64,000 nucleotides of DNA, taken from NCBI GenBank assembly GCA_025594325.1, contig JANHCV010000001.1:4588001-4652000 (forward strand). The letters run 5' to 3'. The position numbers and the translations under genes are program-made. This stretch comes from Blastocladiella emersonii ATCC 22665. Lineage: Eukaryota > Fungi > Blastocladiomycota. Positions 22,255 to 33,391 of the stretch are shown piece by piece. Position 1 is the stretch's first letter. Every line of letters begins with the position of its first letter. The notes under the pieces are model-generated. The model did no database searches, had not been told where the DNA came from, and worked only from the letters and a program-made list of their open reading frames with translations.

Positions 22255-23978
22255 GGCTCGTAACCGCCGTGTCCATGCCCGTTCGGGGCCGCCGCCACGC
22301 CACCGTCGGGGCTAAAGAAGTTGGCGAAGTCGCTACCGTCGACATCGACGTCGTCCTCGACCGTGGCCTCGCGCGCGTGGCCGGCATAGCGGTGGTCCGA
22401 CGGCACGCCGTTTTGCTGGTTGACGGCGGAACCCTGCTGATGGTACTGCTGCTGCTGCGGATGCGCGTAGTGGTCGTGCGGGTCCTCGTGCTCGTTGAGG
22501 GCGATCGGCGAATGGTCGTCGTCGCCGTCGTCGAGCTGCAGGCGGTGCGGCGAGTCGAAACCATCGACGATAACGGGCCCGTCGACGCGCTCGTGGTCAG
22601 CGAGCGGAATCCCGTCCTCGCTCTCGCCGCCGTCGGCCGGCGAATGCCCGGCGTCGGGCCGAGCGGCGCCGTTCTGGCGGTGCACCCGCGCCGCGAGCGG
22701 TGGGCGGCGCGACTCCGCCGCCGCTGCCGCGTGCTCGTGGGTGTTGATGCTGCGGTGGAACAGCGGCGAGTCCTCGTACGGCATACCGGGTGCGCTGTCG
22801 CCGCTGCGCGTGAACGAGGGGCGGCGCAGGTTCGGGTCGACGGGCGCGGCGGGCGAGGTGCGGAACGACGAGCGCAGGAAGTGGCTCGGCGGCGGCGTGG
22901 TGGAGTGCTCGCGCGACGGATGCTGCTGCTGATGCGGCGGCGGTGGTGCGGCGGGAGCCGAGGCGACGCGCGGGGTGAACGACATGGGGTTGGTGGGACC
23001 GCTGGGTGGTGCGGAGTCGGCGTGCGGCGGAAGTGAGAAGTCGACCTCGAGATGAGCTTCGGCGGACGCGGCGGGCGCGAGCCCCGGGATCCCCTGCAGC
23101 GTGTCGACGAACCGGCGGCGCTCGGTCTCGAACTCGTCATGCAGCGTCTCCCACGGCTGACCGGTCCACGGGCCGGTGCTCGCACCGAACTGGCTCGACG
23201 CGCCAATGTCAAACTGCTGCTGTTGCTGCTGCTGCTGCTGGGTGGCGGGCTCGGAAGCGGCGCCAGCGTGATGACGGTCGGGCGACGCGTTCTCGCTCTG
23301 CATCATGATCGAGTCCATGCCGGCGATGGTGAGGCCGGCGTCGCCGTCAGGAAGACCGGGAATGAGGTCGCTCACGTCGTCGTCGTCGCCGTACTGGACG
23401 TGGCGGCCGGGATGCTGTTCTGGCGGATGTCCATGGTGCTGCGAGTAGTCGTGGTACGCCTGCCCCTGGTCGCCGGCGAGAAGGTCCTCGAGGTCCTCGA
23501 AGTCGTGGTCGGTGAAATCGGGCACGTCGCCTTCACCATCGGCGCCGCCGTAGTGGTACTCATGGTGCGAGTGCGGGTGCGACGCAGGTTGCCCGTCCTC
23601 GTCGAGGTGGGGCTGACCGAGCCCGTGGCCGAGATCGTCGTCCTCGTCAAAATGAGGTTGGCCGAGCCCGTGGCCGAGGTCGTCCTCCTCATCGTCGAGG
23701 TGGGGTTGACCGAGTCCATGGCCGAGATCGTCGTCCTCGTCGTCGAGATGGGGCTGGCCGAGGCCGAGGCCGAGACCCAGATCGTCGTCGTCGCTCTCCT
23801 CCTCGTCGTCCTCGAACTCGCGCACGGCGACACCGTTCGAGTAGACGGGGTGGCCGTTGTGGTGCGAGTGCGGATGCGGCTGCGAGATCTCGTTCATAAA
23901 GTCGCCGATGGTGTCGAGCGTCGGGTCGGGGTGCCGCGGCGGGCCGCCGAACCCGTTGGCCGCACGGTAGGAATGCAT
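20230..23978 (-). CDS. Large protein with acidic/disordered N-terminus and C-terminal coiled coil; possibly centrosomal (CEP152-like)
   Basis: Long ORF 20544..24032 (ATG placed at 23978) plus two short spliced 3' exons (...EHLELEWERRKGKLTDQFREK / MNELKAKYDQLLEE...KQA*). The segment ARIKGEYADTLRKMRDDVAA recalls the CEP152 C-terminal coiled coil; this is a weak similarity seen by eye. Confidence 0.7.
22195..22252 (-). repeat. (CAG)n poly-Gln microsatellite in coding sequence
   Basis: Run of (ctg/tgc)n on the plus strand encoding PQQQQQQQQQQQQLPPQQQQSQ. Confidence 0.9.
23590..23800 (-). repeat. Coding tandem repeat DDDLGHGLGQPH(L/F)D x4
   Basis: DDDLGLGLGLGQPHLDDEDDDLGHGLGQPHLDDEEDDLGHGLGQPHFDEDDDLGHGLGQPHLDED in the ORF translation. 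Confidence 0.9.
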
Positions 23979-24286
23979 GGAGTAGCGTAATGTTTCCGTC
24001 AACGATTCATGGGAGGTCGGGTGCGAGTGCACTCACTGAGGTCGAGCAGAGATGCATTCAGGGGTCGGCCGATCACTGCACGTGGCGGACCTGCTCGACG
24101 CGTCGCGCGGCGCGCCACGTCTCCCACCCGCGCTCGTCCGAGTTCCCATCCCTTCCACTCCACGGCGCAGGCGATCGAGGGTGCATCCCGCCGCCGTCAA
24201 TCACCGCGGATGCATCGCTTCTCCGCACCTTGCCCACCGACTTGCAACGTAACGACGAACGACTCGAAGCAGACGTGACCGACACC

Positions 24287-26417
24287 ATGGACATCAACCT
24301 GCCGATTCCTGTCAAGGAGGAGGAGATTGCCAAGTTCGAGGACTTTGTCGACGACTTCAGTCCGTACCGTCGCCATCCCCGACCACCGAGCGTGAGCTGA
24401 TCACCGAGGCCCGCGTGTAGGTCGCAAGATGGACCGCATCCTCAAGGGCGAGGAGGTCGACGACAACCTGCTCTCCGACTTTGAGCGCATTGGCGGCGTG
24501 GTCACCTCGACCGACGCGGCGCCAGCGCTCGCGGCCGAGCAGGTCGTGGACGCTGTGCCCGACGCGACGCCGAAGCCGGCCGAGACGCCCGCCGCCAAAT
24601 TGCGCACCGTCAACGACAAGGGCGTCATCGACTACACACAGTTCGAGCAGCTCGACCCCGAGGCCGTTGCGGTCGAGGTGAAGGAGCCGGCAACAAAGCC
24701 CGCCGCCTCCGCGACGACATCCGACGATGCTCCCACCGCCACGCCCAACAACGACGGCGCTGCCGAAACCTCGCGCCGCGCCGAGTCGGCGCTCGAGTCA
24801 GGCAAAGCCGCGGTCCTCGCGGGCGACTGGCCCGCCGCGCGCGCCGCGTACGAGTCCGCGCTCGCCGCCGTGTCGACGGGCTCGCTCGCCAAGCGCGCGC
24901 ACTCGAACCTCGCGCTCGTCTTCCTGCACCTGCACGACGCGCGGGCCGCGCACACGCACGCGTGCGCGTCGCTGGCGCTGGACGGGACCAACCTCAAGTC
25001 GCACTGGCGGCGGTGCCAGGCCGCGCGCGAGCTCGCGGTGCAGGACGCTGCGCAGTTTGGCGAGTGGGTCGCTGCGTCGGCTGGACTGCGGCTCGCGATC
25101 GTCGCGCACCCGGCGCCGTCCGTCACGCTCGCGGCGGCGCTCGAGACCGAGGTCGCCGGCTGGCAGTCGCTGCCCGCCGAGACGACGGGGATGCCGGCGG
25201 ACTTCCCGTGGAAGACCGAGGACATGTTCCGTTCGCCGGGTGTCGTGGGCGACGCGAGCAAGGCGCTGACGGGGCTCGGCAAGTCGGCGCTCGGCGCGGC
25301 CGCCTGGTGGCTGCGCAAGGTGGCGCTGCCGCACGCCGCGGCGCGGTTCGGCGCGTGCTCGGTCGACGCGCACGTCGCGCTCATGGACCTCGTCCAGTCC
25401 GTCGGCGCGGTGCCCGAGGCCGTGGCGACGCTCGACCCGCTGCACCTGAGCGCGTGGCTGGTCCAGGTGTGGCAGGCCGAGGGCAAGGACCTCGAAGTCG
25501 TGCGCCGCGTGCCGTACGTGCTTGCGCTGCCGTACAACTTCGCCGGCGCGGTCCCGGCTGACGCGTGGATGGACGCGGCGACCGAGCACGTGCGGTACGT
25601 GGTCGAGTGGCGGGACGTGTCGTCGCCCGCGCTGCCCGTACTGCTCGTCGAGGCCATCTTCGCGTCGACGCGCGCGCTGCGCCCGAAGCACGCCGCGTGG
25701 CCGCTGATCCACGAGCTCCTGGCGCAGCCGTGGGTCGACCGCGACCACGCCGCGGCCATTGCGACCAACCTCCTGCACATGCGGCCGTACACGGGCCCCG
25801 CGAGCCCCGAGACGTGTGCGCGCGTGCAGATGGACCTGATCGACGGCGCCGGGCCCGAGCACTTGCGGCTGTGGAGCCGGCTGTCGCGCATCGACGAGTT
25901 CAAGCCGGCCCTCACGCGCGCCCTGTCGCGCGTCGTCCCCGCCACCACGCTCACGTCCCTCGACATGTGGCGCGCGTGGTCGATCGCCGCGCTCGACCTG
26001 CCCGAGCTCGACAAGACGCGGTACCTCCGCCCCGCGGCGCTCGCGCAGGCCCAGGGGACCGTCGATCTGGCCGCGGACGACGTGTGTATCGGCAACATGG
26101 CGCTGCTCGTCGCCCGCGCGCCCAACGTGTCCAAGGTCGAGACCATGGCGTTTGCGCAGTGGCTGTTCCCGGCGCTCCAGTCCCGGTCCGCTGAGGTCGC
26201 CAAGGCGTGCCCGCACGCGGCCGCGGCCCGCGAGAACATTGCGATTGCCATGGCCAAGCTGTGCACTCACAACGGTACGCTGATCCACGCGCCGTTTACA
26301 GGTGATGGATGACTGATAGCCAACTTGTGTGTAGACGCCGTCCGCGAGTGGCTCCGCGAGTGCCGCGGCATGGAGCTGCTGCACAGCGTGACGGTGGCAG
26401 CGACGGGTCGCAAGTGA
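24287..26417 (+). CDS. TTC12: TPR + ARM-repeat protein, TTC12-like (axonemal dynein assembly factor)
   Basis: N-terminal EEIAKFEDFVDD and a three-TPR block (G..A...GDW.AA...Y..AL; HSNLALVFL.L; LALDGTNLKSHWRR.QA). The spliced C-terminus IGNMALL...NIAIAMAKLCTHNDAVREWLRECRGMELLHS matches the TTC12 end (NAGIALGKLCTAEPRFAAQLRKLHGLEILNS). Confidence 0.72.
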
Positions 26418-26503
26418 GTTGAAGTGACGGTTAACATGAATCTCTATAACAATTTCTCAATCAAACACTCTTGCGCCGTCCTCGCTACCGCCGCTGCCTG
26501 CGC

Positions 26504-28422
26504 TCAGAGCGGGTGCGATGTTGGCGCTGCCACCTCGATCATGGCGTACACGGCGTCCATGGCGCCGCGCTCGTAGTGCGACGTCGACTCGGTCATGAGG
26601 CAGCTTGCGCTCGCCGCCGCGAGTCCGCACCGGAACGCGTCCACGAGATCCTACACGTTCGATCAGTCAGCACCCGTCTCGGTCGACCACGGCAATCGCG
26701 CGCGTACCCCAGACTCGAGATACGCCGCCAGCGTGACGCCCGAGCACGTATCCCCTGCGCCGAGCGGGTTGAGCACGAGCTGGGTGCGCGTGGGCGGCGT
26801 CGGCGGCGTGAGCGGGCCGTTCGTCGACAGGACGGGGAGCGGCGGCCGCGGGAGATCGGGCCCGATCGGGCTCGGTAGCGCGGCCGACGACTCGCGCAGC
26901 GCCGCCGCGCGCGTGCTGTCCGTGTTGAGGCGCAGCGGGCTCTTGCCGGCGCGCGGCGCGTTCGGCGACCGCGGCGGACGCTGTGCACGCGTCGGGCGGA
27001 CTGGCGCGGGCGAGGAACACGCGTCGGCGCTGAGCGAGTCGGTCGAGACGGCGGCGACTGCAGCGGCGGCGGGAGGCGGGGCGCTGATGGAGGCGCGGTC
27101 GAGTGCGGTGGAGAGGGCGGGGACGTCGGTCGCGGGGGTCTCGATGAACTCGGACGAGGCGATCGTGTCGGCCGCGTCCGACTGCGCGAGGACCGTCTCG
27201 AGCGACGGGATCTGGTACTCGTGCACGGTGACGGCGGTGCCCTCAGCGTTGCGGATAAAGAGGAAGGCACTACGGCGAGGTGCGGTGTGAGTCGAGTGCG
27301 GCGGGATCGGTTGCGCGTGGAAAGTACCTGGAGGGCCCGTTTGTGATGGCTGCTGCCGCGATGGGGTACCGCGCCAGGATCTTGACGCCGACCTCGCGAA
27401 TCGGCGAGGTGCTTGGCCTACGCGAACGTGCGTAAGCCAGCGAATCTCAAGCAGCACTCGCGCGAGTGCACGTACACCTGCATCAGCGCACACGACTCCT
27501 CGCCGTTGATTTTGAGGATATCCACGCGGCCCGAGCTGAGCGTCACGTCGACGCCGCGGTACGCGTCGAGCAGGAGGACGCACTTGCCGCCATCCTTGGT
27601 CATCGCTGGCTTATGGGCGACGAGAAAGTCGTACAGCGCGCCGTCGACGCCCGACGGGAAGGTACCGCACAGCGCCATGCCGCGGACGGCGCCCGTGGCG
27701 AGGATCGTGGTCGCCGTGTCCTGGAACTGGGCGTACTCGGTGGGCGAGACGTGGCCCGACGGCTCGATCAGCTCGGTCGTCGAGTTGGACGCGTAGTCGA
27801 GCACCGTGGTGCAGGTGCGCGTGGGTTTCTGGACGGGGACTGGGTTGCGGGGGATGTGAGACACGGGTGGAGCATGGTGCGAGGCAGTGATGGTGGGGGC
27901 GGTACCGTTGAACTGCGAGATGTGCTTCTCGGCGAGCGCGTCGCGAATGTACTTGCCCGTGGTGCCGCCCGTGAACTATTCGAGAGAACGAGCGGGTCAG
28001 CGGACACAGTCTCAGAGCGCGGTGCGCGCGCGGCGCACCTGCAGCACGCAGATCTTGTCGGCCCTGCCGAGCTGCTGAATCGCGATGGCAACATTCTGAC
28101 CTAATACAGCGCACAAGACGGTCAGCACGTGTCTGGCCCGAGTGGACGAGACGCGCGAGCGTACCCTTGCCGCCGATCGAGTGTGTCTTCTTGAAGGCGC
28201 GGTTGACGCGGCCGGGCTTGAACGACTCAAAGTGCAGGGTCGTCTGGAACGCCGGGTTGACGCCTGGATCCGCAACACGTGAGTGATCGCCGTCATCATC
28301 ACTGCCAGCAACGGCCACGAACCGATGCAGAGAATGTCCTTGACCACGCCCGAGTGACCCGGGATCGTGATCACGCCCGCCGGCGGCGCGGCGGCGCGCT
28401 CGTCAGAGCCTGGAGTTGCCAT
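26504..28422 (-). CDS. PfkB-family sugar kinase of the 1-phosphofructokinase/tagatose-6-phosphate kinase (FruK/LacC) type; multi-exon
   Basis: GVNPAFQTTLHF..FKPGRVNRA......GGKG-QNVAIAIQQLG, FTGGTTGKYI...L, TRTCTTV, TELIEP, LCGTFPSG, LLLD, LKINGEE, NPLGAGDTCSG (PfkB signature) and AFRCGLAAASASCL. TGA at 26506-26504. Confidence 0.82.
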
Positions 28423-28658
28423 GAGCTGCATGTAGATCCGCGGATGCGCGCTGGAGTGCGAGGGGGAGAGCGAGCGTTCGGCAGGGATGTGGCGGCGGCG
28501 GCGACACGCGACGCGTTGCGGCGGAGACACTTTTTCTCGGCGCCCTGCCATTTTCGCGCCCGGCGTGATCTCACGCTCACATGTCTCACGCTGTCTCGCG
28601 CTTTCCACTTCCGGTGCACCCAAGGCAAGACAACCGCTCCACTCCGTGCAACGTCACC

Positions 28659-28922
28659 ATGTCCTCCTCCTCGACGCCTTACCGCCGCGGACGCGTCCAT
28701 ACGCCGGGCAACGCGTACCTGACCATGTCCGAGCTGCGCCGCGGCATCCGCGACGGCGACGCCTCGTCCTCGACGACGCGTGCGGCGACTTTGCCCGCGG
28801 ACGCAAGCTGGCTCACCCGACTGCGCGCGTGGTCGCACACGGCCAACGCGCGGCATCTCCTACGCGTGCTGGGCACCATCGGCGTGCTGATCCAAGTGTT
28901 CCGCCTGCTTGCGCGCTTGTAA
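28659..28922 (+). CDS. Hypothetical small protein (87 aa) with hydrophobic C-terminal helix
   Basis: MSSSSTPYRRGRVHTPGNAYLTMSELRRG...HLLRVLGTIGVLIQVFRLLARL*. GC3-biased codons, divergent from the PfkB gene, and followed by more AT-rich 3' sequence. Confidence 0.45.
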   Translation: MSSSSTPYRRGRVHTPGNAYLTMSELRRGIRDGDASSSTTRAATLPADASWLTRLRAWSHTANARHLLRVLGTIGVLIQVFRLLARL

Positions 28923-30635
28923 TCGGCGGCGGGAGGCGCCGCCAAACCGTAATACATCGATGCGTTTGAGTGTCGAACACTCCTTCACGCATATAAGATG
29001 GTCACATCGACGCGCAGCAACAGGTCATGCAGGGCAAGGTGACCAACATCACAAGCCGCATCACTTGGGAGGGCGGCGGGGGATGCATTCACGCGCACTA
29101 CGAGAGCGAGCCCGGTGGAATCGGCTCGCGCTCTCCAACAATTGACCATGAAGGATACGAGTGTCGCCCGTCAGCAACCACTTGATGCAAACAGTTCCGG
29201 AAGTCAGCTGGGCCAGCAACGAGCGCTGGACGTGGTCGCCAGCAGCAAACACGAGGAACGTCGGCAGGAACGAGTCGTGATCCATCTCTGGAACTTGTTC
29301 ATGACGAGAGTCCTTGTGACCGCGGCCAGCAAGCGGGAAACCGACGCTGTCAATATCGTCGGACGTGATATTGCTTACAAAGCGCAAACTGCGGTCATAC
29401 TTATGAGCCGCTTACTCGACGCCGAAGTCAACTTTGAACAAATAATTGATTGGGCGGTCGCACATCATGCTCGGTCGGGTGATCCCGACTTTGATGCTCG
29501 CGCCGCGCGCGAGCGCCTGGCCCGCGTATGCGCGCCATTCCACCAACGCTCTCAGCCGAGTTGTGTGCAAAAGTAGAGGACCTGGACGCACGGGTTGCCT
29601 CTTTGCGCACCAACGATAACGATTGCCGTGCCACGATAGCCTGGCCACCGGGTGTTACCCTTGCACATGTTGTTGACCTCTTCATGGACGCGGAGCGGGT
29701 TCAAAATGAAGCCAAGGAAATGTCGTGCTTGAGTTCCAGCGAGTGTAAACGCTTTCTTACACTATTTCCCGAGATACTAGCGAAGAGATAATTCGATTGG
29801 ACTGTCCTCGTTTTCTCGACAATACATATCAGGAGAAGTTTGGAAGAGCTGGTTGGCGGTCGCGTTGCGGCCATGGTCACCCTGACAAGCGCGTCTTGCT
29901 GGACGCGCGCTTTTGTCGATGTGCCCGTGCACGATGATAGCCGCGTTGATGTGCCACTCTTTGCGTCGGTGTGACGTTGTGCCGGGACAAACGGCTAGAG
30001 GGAAAACGCGTCTCGCGCGGATCACATGATATCGCAACGTGTCGTCGCCCTCGAGCCTGAGCGCGAGGTCGGGAAGTCGGAAAGCCGCGTGCCTCAGCGA
30101 ACCCTTGTCTCTCTTGTTTGTTCTACCGCCAGAGAAAACTAGTGAGCGCTGTGACAGACCGCGCGCGTCACGCCAAGTTCTCCAGGGTTGGTTTGTCGAA
30201 ACGACACGTCCAAGAAACTCCACGCGGGGAAGAACGCCTTGTCCACGGCTCGCGAGGCAGCCTCGCAGTTGGTATTGATACATCAAACAAGGGAGTCGGT
30301 CATGATGTTGGATGTTGAAGATGTTGAACGCGCTCGTGCCATAGACCAAGACCGCGGGTTGAAAACTGACAACAACGAACGATTTCACGTGTACGATGAT
30401 CCGCTGCATTCATTTCTCGCAGCAAGGTCTTTCAGACAAAGCGCTCGACCGTGAGGCGAACAGGGGAGGTGCAAGAGATGAACAAGGAGAGCCTTCGTCA
30501 CAGGCAAACTCGGGCTGGTACGTCAGCTTACTGGCACAGGTAGACAGTAGTATATAGCGGTTCGGTGTGACTGGGAGGTGGTGTGGTTCTGCGTTCGGGT
30601 CCGGGAGCGAGCAACTCCTCATATCGCAACCCAAA

Positions 30636-31339
30636 CTACTGCTTGGACTGGATGATGTTCACGAGCCAGTCGAGGGACTCGTTCAATCCTACGCGCGCGG
30701 TTGTGTTAGTGAACGCGACAAGCAATGAGAGTCAGGAACCAAAGCGTACCCTCGCCCTTGAGCGCCGAGGTGCGGAAGATCTGCCACTGGCGGTTCTTGA
30801 GCGCGGCGAGGCCGAGCTGTTCAGAGACCTGGGCGGGGCTCAGGGCGCCCTCCATGTCCTGCTTGTTGGCCATGACGAGCAGGGCCGCGTCCTTGAGCTC
30901 CTCCTCCTCGAGCATGGCGACGAGCTCCTCGCGCGACACGGACATGCGGTCCTTGTCGCAGGAGTCGACGACATAGATGATGGCGTCCGTGTTGGCGTAG
31001 TAGCACCGCCAGTACGGCCGGATCGACGTCTGCCCGCCCAGGTCCCACACCTGGAACTTGATGTTCTTGTACGCGACCGTCTCGACGTTGAACCCGATGG
31101 TCGGGATCGTCGTCACCACCTCGCCGACCTGCAAGCGGTACAGGATGGTCGTCTTGCCCGCGCCGTCGAGACCTGTTGTGGTGTGAAAGCGGTTAGCGCG
31201 TGCGACTTCGCGCGAGCGTGCGCGACGGCGGCAGAGCGACGTCGCCGCGGCGCCGAGCAAGGACCGTACCGAGGATGAGGATGCGCACCTCCTTGTCTCC
31301 CCAGAGGCGCGACAGCAGCTTGCTAAACAGGCCACCCAT
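30636..31339 (-). CDS. ARL1: ADP-ribosylation factor-like GTPase Arl1; 4 exons
   Basis: MGGLFSK...[102 protein letters not shown]. Confidence 0.97.
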
Positions 31340-31771
31340 GGTGTGTTTGCTGCCGAAGGAAGGCAAGGCAGGGTCGAGGGCACGGCGGTTAGCATTCCGC
31401 CCGCCAAAAGTGAAGCGCAGCGTCGGGCTGCCATTTCATGAGCTTTCATGCGCTACCGTAGTGGTGGTGGGGTTACAGGAAGTGTAATAACGCACGCTAC
31501 GAGGTCAGCCGCGGGGAGCGAGAGAAACGGTGTGGCGCCCGCGGTCGGGTCGGCGACGCCCTTGGTCAGCGCCGTGTGGCGAAGGGGACCGCCGCGTGCA
31601 CGACGCCCACGCGTCGCTCTTCTCCTCGCCCTTCTCTCGACCTTCTACACGACACCGCGCGCAAGGGTAGCAAGACTTAGGAGTGTATATAGTAGCGAGG
31701 AGCGAGGCAAAGGGGGGTAGTACAGAGAAGAGGGTGGTCACCACCCTCAGGAACGACAGCTTCGACAAAAT

Positions 31772-33121
31772 TTACTTGGACTGGGCGTAGCCCTTGGTCG
31801 AGTAGTGGTCGGGGTGGAGCTTGATGAGCTCGTGGAGCTCGGCCTCCTGCTTGCGGAGGATCGGGGTGGGCTCGTCGAACACGTCGGTGAAGAGCTCCGA
31901 GAGCGGGGGCTTCTCGACCGTCTCGGCCTTGGCAAACGACTCGAGGATCTGCTTGCGGACCGACTTCTTGAAGCTGTCCTCGTCGGCCTGGGTCCACCAC
32001 CCGCGCGACTCCATGTACTTGCGGAACCGGACCACGGGGTTGTCGCGGGTCTTCCAGTCCTCGACCTCGTTCTTGGACCGGTACGCCGACGAGTCGTCCG
32101 AGGTCGAGTGGTGGCCGATGCGGTACGTCATGGCCTCGATGAGGACCGGCATGTTCTCGCGCAGGGCGTAGTCGCGCGCGGCCTTGGTCGCGTTGTACAC
32201 GGCGAACACGTCGTTGCCGTCGACGCGCAGCGTGGCCATGCCGTACCCGACGCCGCGAGCGGCGATGCCGTCGCCCGAGTACTGGTCCGACGAGGGCGTC
32301 GAGATGGCGAACCCGTTGTTGCGGCAGAAGAAGACGACGGGCGACTTGAGCGTGGTGGCCATGTTGAGAGCGGCGTGGAAGTCGCCCTCGGACGCGGCGC
32401 CCTCGCCAAAGTAGCAGATGGCGATGGTGTCCTTCTTATCGCGCTTCATGGCGTAGGCGGCGCCGACGGCCTGCGGCAGCTGGGTGCCGAGCGGCGACGA
32501 GATGGTCTGGAAGTTGAGCTTGCTGGACCCGTAGTGGACGGGCATCTGGCGGCCCTTGCCGTAGTCCTTGGCGTTGGAGTAGCACTGGTTCATGAACTCG
32601 TCGATGGTGAAGCCGCGGTACAGCAGCACGCCGGCCTCGCGGTACTGGCCGAACACGACATCGGCGGGGCTCAGGGCGGCGGCCGAGCCCATGTGGGTGG
32701 CCTCCTCGCCGTAGTTGGTCATGTAGAAGGAGACGCGGCCCTGGCGCTGCGCCTCGTACAGGATCAGGTCCATGGCGTTGAGCGTCAGCATGTCGCGGTA
32801 CACCTTGAGCGCCCAGTCCTTGGACACGTTCGGGTCCTGCGCGGGGTCGAGCACCGCGCCGTCCTTGCTCAGCACGCGGTACGTCGGCAGCACGCCGTCC
32901 TGGTGGATGAAGGCCAGCGCATTCGTGTACTTGGAGTTGAGCGCGCCGGGGAACCGCGGACCGTCCTCGGTCGCCGCGGGCGCCGTCGTCAGCTTGACCT
33001 GGTCGCGCACGACGCGCGCCGTCGCGAACGCGCGGGTCGCGGTCGCGGTCGCGGTGGGGGTCGCCGGCCGCAGCAGAGCCTTGGCGGCGAGCTGGGCGAC
33101 GGAGCGGCGGAGCGTCGACAT
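31772..33121 (-). CDS. BCKDHA: Branched-chain 2-oxoacid dehydrogenase E1 alpha subunit, mitochondrial
   Basis: Intronless 449 aa ORF with presequence, YEAQRQGRVSFYMTNYGEE, GQYREAGVL, GRQMPVHYGS, TISSPLGTQLPQAVG, YFGEGAASEGDFHA (TPP motif) and RIGHHSTSDDSSAYR. Confidence 0.97.
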   Translation of the reverse strand: MSTLRRSVAQLAAKALLRPATPTATATATRAFATARVVRDQVKLTTAPAATEDGPRFPGALNSKYTNALAFIHQDGVLPTYRVLSKDGAVLDPAQDPNVSKDWALKVYRDMLTLNAMDLILYEAQRQGRVSFYMTNYGEEATHMGSAAALSPADVVFGQYREAGVLLYRGFTIDEFMNQCYSNAKDYGKGRQMPVHYGSSKLNFQTISSPLGTQLPQAVGAAYAMKRDKKDTIAICYFGEGAASEGDFHAALNMATTLKSPVVFFCRNNGFAISTPSSDQYSGDGIAARGVGYGMATLRVDGNDVFAVYNATKAARDYALRENMPVLIEAMTYRIGHHSTSDDSSAYRSKNEVEDWKTRDNPVVRFRKYMESRGWWTQADEDSFKKSVRKQILESFAKAETVEKPPLSELFTDVFDEPTPILRKQEAELHELIKLHPDHYSTKGYAQSK

Positions 33122-33391
33122 AGGGGTTGTGCGCGTGGGCGTTGATGCGTGTGCTACGTCGGCGAGGCGATCACACCCGAGGAGGAGGAGGGGAGAGAGA
33201 AGGGAGGGACGGGCGCGCGGCCTGGGGCCTCTACGGGGCGACTCGGGCGAGCTTCCCCCAACCTAAGGTCGCGGTCACGTGCCCCAACGCCACACCTCCG
33301 CGCGCCGCCGGTCGCCGCCGCGCGCGTGTTGTGTCCTGTTGTCAACGCTGATCGCCGGCCAGCCGCTCCATCCCACTCGGCGCAACCGACC

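Noticed and set aside
28950-30600. Calling the low-GC region a transposon or NACHT gene
   Set aside because: No DDE, RT, tyrosine-recombinase or Walker motifs, TIRs or LTRs could be seen. The HSFLAAR resemblance alone is insufficient.
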